From contig VBKF01000089.1 of the NCBI GenBank assembly GCA_005888095.1, positions 37,898-101,897 of the forward strand: a stretch of DNA of 64,000 bases, read 5' to 3'. The position numbers and the translations under genes were made by a program. The notes under the pieces are model-generated. The model made no database searches, was not told where the DNA came from, and saw nothing but the letters and a program-made list of their open reading frames with translations. Position 1 is the first letter of the stretch. Each line of letters starts with the position of its first letter. Source of the stretch: Deltaproteobacteria bacterium. Its GTDB lineage: Bacteria > Desulfobacterota > Binatia > DP-6. Shown one piece after another: positions 57,673 to 64,000 of this stretch.

Positions 57673-58239
57673 GTGCGCTGCTTCGTCGCCCTCGACCTCC
57701 CGGACGACGTCCGCGCCGCCCTCGAGCGGACCCAGGCGTCGCTCCGGCGCGAGGCGCCGCGCGCGGACCTGCGCTGGGTCGCTCCCGCGGGGCTCCACGT
57801 GACCCTCAAGTTCCTCGGCGAGGTGCCCGAGGCTGCGCTCGCGCCCGTCGCCGACGCCGTGCGCACGACCGCCGCCGCCCATGCCGGCATCACCCTCGCG
57901 CTTGCGGGGCTCGGCGGCTTCCCGAGCCTCGCGCGGCCGCGCGTGCTGTGGGCCGGCATCCCGACCGGGGTGGCGGAGGTCGGCCGGCTCGCCGCCGCCC
58001 TCGAGCGGGTGCTCGAGCCGCTCGGCTTCCCGCCCGAGAACCGTCCGTTCCGCAGCCACGTGACCATCGCCCGCGTCCGCTCGCCACGCGGGCTCGGTCG
58101 GATCAGGGCCGCGATCGAGGCCGCTCCCGATGTCGACTTCGGAAGCTGGACGGCGAACGAGGTGATCCTCTTCCGCAGCCACCTCCGGCCGACGGGCGCC
58201 GAATACGAGGCGCTCGCCACCCTCCCGCTCGCCGGGTGA
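57673..58239 (+). CDS. thpR: RNA 2',3'-cyclic phosphodiesterase (2H phosphoesterase, LigT/ThpR)
   Basis: Two HxT/S motifs: HVTLKFLG and HVTIARV. Confidence 0.9.
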   Translation: MRCFVALDLPDDVRAALERTQASLRREAPRADLRWVAPAGLHVTLKFLGEVPEAALAPVADAVRTTAAAHAGITLALAGLGGFPSLARPRVLWAGIPTGVAEVGRLAAALERVLEPLGFPPENRPFRSHVTIARVRSPRGLGRIRAAIEAAPDVDFGSWTANEVILFRSHLRPTGAEYEALATLPLAG

Positions 58240-58344
58240 GGCCCCGCGGTGGCTGAAAATAGGTAGCGCCGCCGCTGGAGAGTCGGCCGCGGCGAGGGTA
58301 GAGTGGGACACCTCACAGTCACACCGGCGGGGGGAGGGCGTCAC

Positions 58345-59439
<1,095 letters not shown>

Positions 59440-59442
59440 GAC

Positions 59443-60594
59443 GTGGAGCTGGATGGGATCCTGCGTGAAGGGGTCGGTCGAGAGGCATCGGACATCCACC
59501 TGAAGGTCGGCGCACCGCCGATCTTCCGCGTGAGCGGCAGGCTCGCGCCGTGGGAGGGACAGCCGTCCCTCACGCGCGACGACATGAACCGGCTGTGCGA
59601 GTCGCTGCTCACCGACTCGCACCGGCAGCGGCTGCGCGAGGCGCTCCAGGTGGACGCCGGCTACGGCCACCCCGAGCTCGGGCGCTTCCGCGTGAACGTC
59701 TTCTTCCAGCGCGGCGAGCCGCAGGCGGCGCTCCGCCTGGTCCCGGCCCGCGTGCGTGACATCCGCGAGCTCAACCTGCCCCCGGTCGTCGAGCGCATCG
59801 CGGCCGAGCGCCGGGGCCTCGTGCTCGTCACCGGCACGACGGGCAGCGGCAAGTCGACCACGCTCGCCTCGATGATCGACCACGTCAACCGCTCCGCCGA
59901 TCGCCACATCATCACCGTCGAGGACCCGATCGAGTACCTGCACCGCGACGACAAGTCGGTCATCAGCCAGCGCGAGATCGGCGTCGACTGCACGACCTTC
60001 GCCGCGGGCCTGAAGGGCTCGCTGCGCCAGGATCCCGACGTCATCCTGGTCGGCGAGATGCGCGACCTCGAGACCATCGAGACCGCGATCATGGCGGCCG
60101 AGACGGGACACCTCGTCCTCTCGACGCTCCACACGCTCGACGCCACCGAGACCGTCACGCGCGCCATCTCCGCCTTTCCGGATCACCAGCGGGGCCAGGT
60201 GCGTCTCATCCTGTCGAACATCCTGAAGGGCGTGGTGAGCCAGCGGCTCGTGCCCCGCGCGGACGGTCACGGCATGGTGCCCGCGGTGGAGGTCCTGGTG
60301 TCGACCGCGCTCGTCCGCGAGTGCATCGCCGTGCCCGAGCGGACGCGCGAGATCCGCGACGCCATCGCGCGCGGCTACACCAGCTACGGCATGCAGACCT
60401 TCGACCAGTCGCTCATGGCGCTCTGGCGCGAAGACCTGATCACCTTCGAGGAGGCGCTCGCCCAGTCGAGCAACCCGGACGACTTCGCGCTGAAGGCGCG
60501 CGGCATCTCCTCGACCAGCGACGGCCGCTGGGACGACTTTGACCGAAAGGAAAAGGATGCCCCGCAGGAGCGCCTCAAGGTCGACCGCTTCTAG
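59443..60594 (+). CDS. pilT: PilT-family type IV pilus retraction ATPase paralog
   Basis: ASDIHLKVGAPP, GTTGSGKSTT, ILVGEMRD, TGHLVLSTLHT. The GTG start lies 3 nt after the recA stop. Confidence 0.92.
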   Translation: MELDGILREGVGREASDIHLKVGAPPIFRVSGRLAPWEGQPSLTRDDMNRLCESLLTDSHRQRLREALQVDAGYGHPELGRFRVNVFFQRGEPQAALRLVPARVRDIRELNLPPVVERIAAERRGLVLVTGTTGSGKSTTLASMIDHVNRSADRHIITVEDPIEYLHRDDKSVISQREIGVDCTTFAAGLKGSLRQDPDVILVGEMRDLETIETAIMAAETGHLVLSTLHTLDATETVTRAISAFPDHQRGQVRLILSNILKGVVSQRLVPRADGHGMVPAVEVLVSTALVRECIAVPERTREIRDAIARGYTSYGMQTFDQSLMALWREDLITFEEALAQSSNPDDFALKARGISSTSDGRWDDFDRKEKDAPQERLKVDRF

Positions 60595-61039
60595 CGGCGC
60601 GCCGGGCGTCCCCACGCCCCTCGACGTGGCCGCGCGGCTGCTCGCGCGGGGGCCGCGCACGGAGGCGGACCTCGAGACGCGCCTGGTCCGCCTCGGCTAC
60701 CGGCACGAGACCGCGGCCGCCGCCGTCGCGCGCTGCCGCGAGCTCGGCTGGGTGGGCGACGCGTCCTACGCGCGCGAGCGGGCGCGGGCGCTGCGCGCGC
60801 GCGGCGCGGGCAGCCTCAAGATCGCGGCCGACCTCGCCGCGCGCGGCCTGCCGGAAGCGCTCGTCGAGGCAGCGGTGGTGGAATCGCTCACCGGCGAGCG
60901 CGAGCACGACTGGGCGCGGCGCCTCCTGGAGCGCCGGCGCCTGGGCCATGCCGCCGCGCGGGCGCGCGCCTGGGGCCTCCTCCAGCGACACGGCTTCCCC
61001 GAGGAGGTCATCGCCGGGCTGCTCGGCGAGCCGGGGTAG
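60557..61039 (+). CDS. recX: RecA regulator RecX
   Basis: ARLLARGPRTEADLETRL...GWVGDASYARERARAL...IAADLAARGLPEALVE three-repeat pattern. ATG 60557 follows AAAGGAAAAGG and overlaps the pilT 3' end by 38 nt. Confidence 0.88.
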   Translation: MPRRSASRSTASSGAPGVPTPLDVAARLLARGPRTEADLETRLVRLGYRHETAAAAVARCRELGWVGDASYARERARALRARGAGSLKIAADLAARGLPEALVEAAVVESLTGEREHDWARRLLERRRLGHAAARARAWGLLQRHGFPEEVIAGLLGEPG

Positions 61040-61045
61040 CGCGGC

Positions 61046-61732
61046 TCAGCAGTCGGCCGCGCCGTCCACGACGCGGACGAGGGCGAGGAAGCGCGCGACG
61101 TAGTCACGGCTCGCGCGGGGCAGCCGCCGGTCGTCTGCCAGCTGCCAGAAGCTCGCGCCGGGCGCGCGCCCCCGCGCCCGGTCGACGCGCCCCTCGCCGA
61201 CGTTGTACGCCGCGAGCGCAAGGGGCCAGTCGCCGTAGTGGGCGTGCAGCAGGGCGAGGTAGCGGGCGGCGGCACGCGTCGCGAGGTCGGGCTCGAGGCG
61301 CTCGTCACGCCGGCGGTTGACCACCAGGCCGAAGCGGCGCGCGGTCGACGCCTTCAGCTGCCAGAGCCCCCGGCACCCCGACGGGCTGCCCGCGTCGGTC
61401 CCGAAGCCGCTCTCGATGACCGGCAGGAGGGCCAGGCTCGAGGGCAGGCCACCCTCGGCGAACATGTCGCGGAGACGCGGCAGGTAGGCTGCGCCGCGCG
61501 CCAGGGCGTGCTGCGTGGTCGTCCACAGGGGGCGCTCCGAGCGGAGGCGACGCTCCCAGACGTCGATCTCGGGATGCGCAAAGCAGGCGAGGTCCATGGA
61601 GACGGGCGAGGGGCGCGGCGCCGGGACCGCGGCCGGGGTCGGGGCCAGGGCCGGCACGTCGACGCGGCCGACGGGCCCGCAGGCCGCGAGCAGGACCAGG
61701 AGGAGGCCGGGGACGCTGGGCCGCAAACGCAC
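61046..61732 (-). CDS. Lytic transglycosylase (SLT domain) lipoprotein
   Basis: Lipobox LLAAC. ESGFGTDAGSPSGCRGLWQL (catalytic Glu-Ser) and AAYNVGEGRV. Confidence 0.85.
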   Translation of the reverse strand: MRLRPSVPGLLLVLLAACGPVGRVDVPALAPTPAAVPAPRPSPVSMDLACFAHPEIDVWERRLRSERPLWTTTQHALARGAAYLPRLRDMFAEGGLPSSLALLPVIESGFGTDAGSPSGCRGLWQLKASTARRFGLVVNRRRDERLEPDLATRAAARYLALLHAHYGDWPLALAAYNVGEGRVDRARGRAPGASFWQLADDRRLPRASRDYVARFLALVRVVDGAADC

Positions 61733-61846
61733 GCGGGCGGGAGCAAGGTCCCTGCCAGCCGCGCCGGCACTGTCCGCGGGGAGACCGTCAACGGTTCAGC
61801 GCCGGCCGCGTGACGCCGATGGCCAGGCTTGAACGGAAACCGCGCG

Positions 61847-62227
61847 TCAGGCCTCCCACCAGCGCGGCAGGGAGAGCACAGCGAGCACGATGGCGGGAAG
61901 GAAGACGCCCGGGAAGTCGACGGCCCAGTGAGCCGGCGCGAGGCGACCGCCGCACAGATCGGCGACGTGGACGAGCGCGTGGAGGCCGTAGAAGAGCGCC
62001 GTCGCCCGGAGCACGGCCGGGTGGCGCCGCGCCCCGGGGGCGGCAATGCAGAGCGCCACGCCGATCGTGATGAAGGCCGCGCCGATGTCGCGCACGAAAT
62101 GGGGGTTCAGCGGTCCGGTGTCGGGCACGCTCGCCGGCAGCCCGTGATACCAGCTCGCGGGCGCCACGAGCATCCAGCAGCCGTTCGCCAGGTTCAGGAG
62201 ACCGAAGAGCCAGAAGAACGCCGACAT
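61847..62227 (-). CDS. Small hydrophobic membrane protein (4 predicted TM helices)
   Basis: MSAFFWLFGLLNLANGCWMLVAP...VFLPAIVLAVLSL. The rest of the 697-aa ORF is out-of-frame junk over the crotonase and imuA genes. An alternative GTG start at 62236 overlaps the crotonase stop. Confidence 0.55.
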   Translation of the reverse strand: MSAFFWLFGLLNLANGCWMLVAPASWYHGLPASVPDTGPLNPHFVRDIGAAFITIGVALCIAAPGARRHPAVLRATALFYGLHALVHVADLCGGRLAPAHWAVDFPGVFLPAIVLAVLSLPRWWEA

Positions 62228-62232
62228 CGCGC

Positions 62233-62949
62233 TCACGATCCGGACGGCCGGTTCATCACCTCCGGCTCGAGCCGTGCGAGCGCCCACTCGACGGCCATCG
62301 CCCGCAAGCGCGTCTTGGACGCCGCATAGGCGGCCTGGTGCAGCGCGCCGAGCCGGGCAGCCGCCGACGAAGCCTCGTCGAGCAGGCGGTCGGGCGCCAC
62401 CACGCCATTGACGAGGTTTCGCTCGAGGGCGTCCGGAGGAAGGTACGCCCGGGCGTGGAGGATCGCCTCGGTGTGCCAGCGGTGCGGCACGGCGCTCGCG
62501 GCGATGACGATGGCCCAGGTGGGCAGCGGCAGGCCGATCGCCACCTCGTTGAGGTGCAGCCGAAACGGGCCGTCCGCCCCCCAGCGCAGGTCGCAGGCGA
62601 AGGCGAGCATCGCGCCGCCCGCGATCGCGTGTCCGCTCACCGCCGCGACCGTCGGGATGGGGAACGTGAAGACGCGCAGCATGGTGCGCCCGAAGGCGAG
62701 CAGCATCCGCCGGAGCGCGTCGGGCGCGAGCGTCGGCATGAGCTTCAGGTCGAGCCCCGCCGAGAAGTACCCGGGTCGGCCGGTGATCACGACCGCACCC
62801 GGCTTCTCGCGCTCGGCGCGGTCGAGCGCGGCGCCGAGCGCCTCGAAGAAGGGGAGGCTCATGGCGTTCACCTTCCCGTCGTCGAGCGTGATGCGCGCGA
62901 CGTTGCCATCCACGGTGTAGACAATCGTGTCGGCCATGGTGCTTGTCAT
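62233..62949 (-). CDS. Enoyl-CoA hydratase/isomerase (crotonase) family protein
   Basis: ITLDDGKVNAMS, VVITGRPGYFSAGLDL, AAVSGHAIAGG. Confidence 0.85.
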   Translation of the reverse strand: MTSTMADTIVYTVDGNVARITLDDGKVNAMSLPFFEALGAALDRAEREKPGAVVITGRPGYFSAGLDLKLMPTLAPDALRRMLLAFGRTMLRVFTFPIPTVAAVSGHAIAGGAMLAFACDLRWGADGPFRLHLNEVAIGLPLPTWAIVIAASAVPHRWHTEAILHARAYLPPDALERNLVNGVVAPDRLLDEASSAAARLGALHQAAYAASKTRLRAMAVEWALARLEPEVMNRPSGS

Positions 62950-62975
62950 GGCATCTCCGGGGGGTTGACACCAAG

Positions 62976-62993
62976 GCGAACGAAAGGCGAAGT
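62976..62993 (+). promoter_or_regulatory. Candidate SOS operator upstream of imuA (GCGAACGAAAGGCGAAGT), 5 nt after a perfect TTGACA
   Basis: 15/18 identity with 47333-47350 in the lexA promoter. TTGACA at 62965-62970. imuA ATG at 63000. Confidence 0.35.
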
Positions 62994-62999
62994 AGGGCC

Positions 63000-63674
63000 A
63001 TGTCCGCGGCCGCCGCCCTGCTCGATCGGCTCGGCCGGCCGGGGGACGTCCGCCTGGGGACGGCGCAGGGCGAGCCGATCCGCCAGCTCCCGACGGGGCT
63101 CGCCGCGCTCGATCGGGCGCTCGGTGGCGGGCTGCCCCGGGGACGAGTCACCGAGCTCGCGGGGCAGCGGAGCACGGGACGGACGGGGGTCGCCTGCGCC
63201 ATCGTGGCGCGCGCCACGCAGGCCGGCGAGACCATCGCCTGGATCGACGTCGACGACGCGCTCGAGCCCGAGACCGTCGCGGCGGCGGGGGTGGTGCTCG
63301 CGCGCCTGCTCTGGGTCCGGCCGCGCGGCGTGCCCGATGCGCTCCGCGCCGCCGAGATGCTGCTCGGCGCGGGCGGCTTCGGCCTCGTGGCGCTCGACGT
63401 CGGGGACGCCGGAAGCCCCGGTCCGGCACCGGCCTGGCCGCGGCTGGCGCGCGCGGCCGAGCGGAGCGGCACGGCCCTCCTCGTGATCGAGCCGCAACGT
63501 CGGGCCGGCACCTTCGCGGCGCTCGGCCTCGAGGTGACGGGCCGGCGCGCGCGCTGGAGCGGCGGGCCGGGACGGCTCGTCGTGCTCGACGGCATCGACG
63601 CCCGCATGCTGATCGCGCGCAACCGCGTCGGGCGGCCGGGGCAGTCGCTCGTCCTGAGGCAGGCCTGTGCCTGA
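63000..63674 (+). CDS. imuA: ImuA (RecA-fold SOS mutagenesis protein)
   Basis: LPTGLAALDRALGGGLPRGRVTEL...GRTGVACAIVA...AWIDVDDALEPE (degenerate RecA-like core); followed immediately by an imuB-like gene. Confidence 0.8.
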   Translation: MSAAAALLDRLGRPGDVRLGTAQGEPIRQLPTGLAALDRALGGGLPRGRVTELAGQRSTGRTGVACAIVARATQAGETIAWIDVDDALEPETVAAAGVVLARLLWVRPRGVPDALRAAEMLLGAGGFGLVALDVGDAGSPGPAPAWPRLARAAERSGTALLVIEPQRRAGTFAALGLEVTGRRARWSGGPGRLVVLDGIDARMLIARNRVGRPGQSLVLRQACA

Positions 63675-63685
63675 GGGCGCGACGC

Positions 63686-64000
63686 GTGCCGCGCATCGCC
63701 TGCCTCCTGGTCCCCGATCTGCCCGTGGCCGCGGCCTGCCGCGCCGATCCCGAGCTCGCGGGCCGGCCGCTCGTCCTCGTCGACGGCAGCGGGCCGCACG
63801 CGCACGTGATCGCCGCCTCGCGCGGGGCGCTGGCTCGCGGCGTCCAGCCGGGCCGCCACACCGTGGCTCAGGCCCGCGCGCTCGCGGCCGACCTCGTGGT
63901 GCGCACTCGCGACGCGGCCGCCGAGCGCTCGGCCGCCCACGCGCTCGCCGAGGTAGCCGCCTCGCTGGCGAGCCGCATCGAGACGGCAGCCGACGGCGCC
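63686..64000 (+). CDS. imuB: ImuB-like Y-family DNA polymerase; N-terminal 105 codons, 3' end outside the window
   Basis: Hand translation from GTG 63686: VPRIACLLVPDLPVAAACRADPELAGRPLVLVDGSG...VIAASRGALARGVQPG. This is the typical ImuB/DinB N-terminus. The frame is open to the window end and is absent from the ORF track because it is unterminated. Confidence 0.8.
   Translation, partial: MPRIACLLVPDLPVAAACRADPELAGRPLVLVDGSGPHAHVIAASRGALARGVQPGRHTVAQARALAADLVVRTRDAAAERSAAHALAEVAASLASRIETAADGA

Overview
The window is very GC-rich by eye (GC was not computed) and gene-dense. It looks like chromosomal DNA from a Gram-negative, deltaproteobacteria-like or Myxococcota-like organism. That placement is an inference from a Myxococcus-type Cys-rich repeat, LPS/Lpt genes and an rpoN-hprK cluster. 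All functions were assigned by reading the supplied ORF translations for family motifs; no database search was run. Many start codons were re-picked from 4-nt start/stop overlaps (ATGA, GTGA, TTGA), so starts are less certain than stops.

Most of the window is core housekeeping:
- translation and RNA genes: prfB (with its +1 frameshift), lnt-ybeY-phoH, alaS
- a long collinear block kdsB-pyrG-kdsA-kdsD-lpxL-like-lptCAB-rpoN-hpf-ptsN-hprK-rapZ-EIIA(Man)-HPr
- metK-ahcY
- pgpA-cinA-thpR-recA-pilT-recX
- mltG-ruvX and a lipid beta-oxidation-like cluster

No rRNA, tRNA, CRISPR array, transposase, integrase or recognisable defence system was seen.

The parts that look accessory or unexplained are:
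1. A ~1.5 kb insertion between a GNAT gene and kdsB (28958-30506). It has 8-bp direct repeats and perfect 14-bp inverted termini, two hairpin-dense tandem-repeat arrays in opposite orientation, and a single lower-GC lipoprotein gene.
2. A 295-bp long imperfect palindrome capped by 26-bp perfect palindromes, lying between a membrane-protein gene and prfB.
3. A shared GAAN-N7-GAAN-type motif in the lexA and imuA promoters, which is a candidate SOS operator. lexA is divergent from an odd unit: a small secreted Cys-rich peptide, an ATP-dependent DNA ligase and a secreted protein.
4. A two-gene secreted beta-helix locus. It includes a 1088-aa protein with a poly-Thr linker and a duplicated C-terminal CHQKQAD module.
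5. A MoxR-DUF58-VWA-VWA membrane cluster.

None of these can be called a new system from sequence alone. They are ranked in the findings, each with the check that would decide it.
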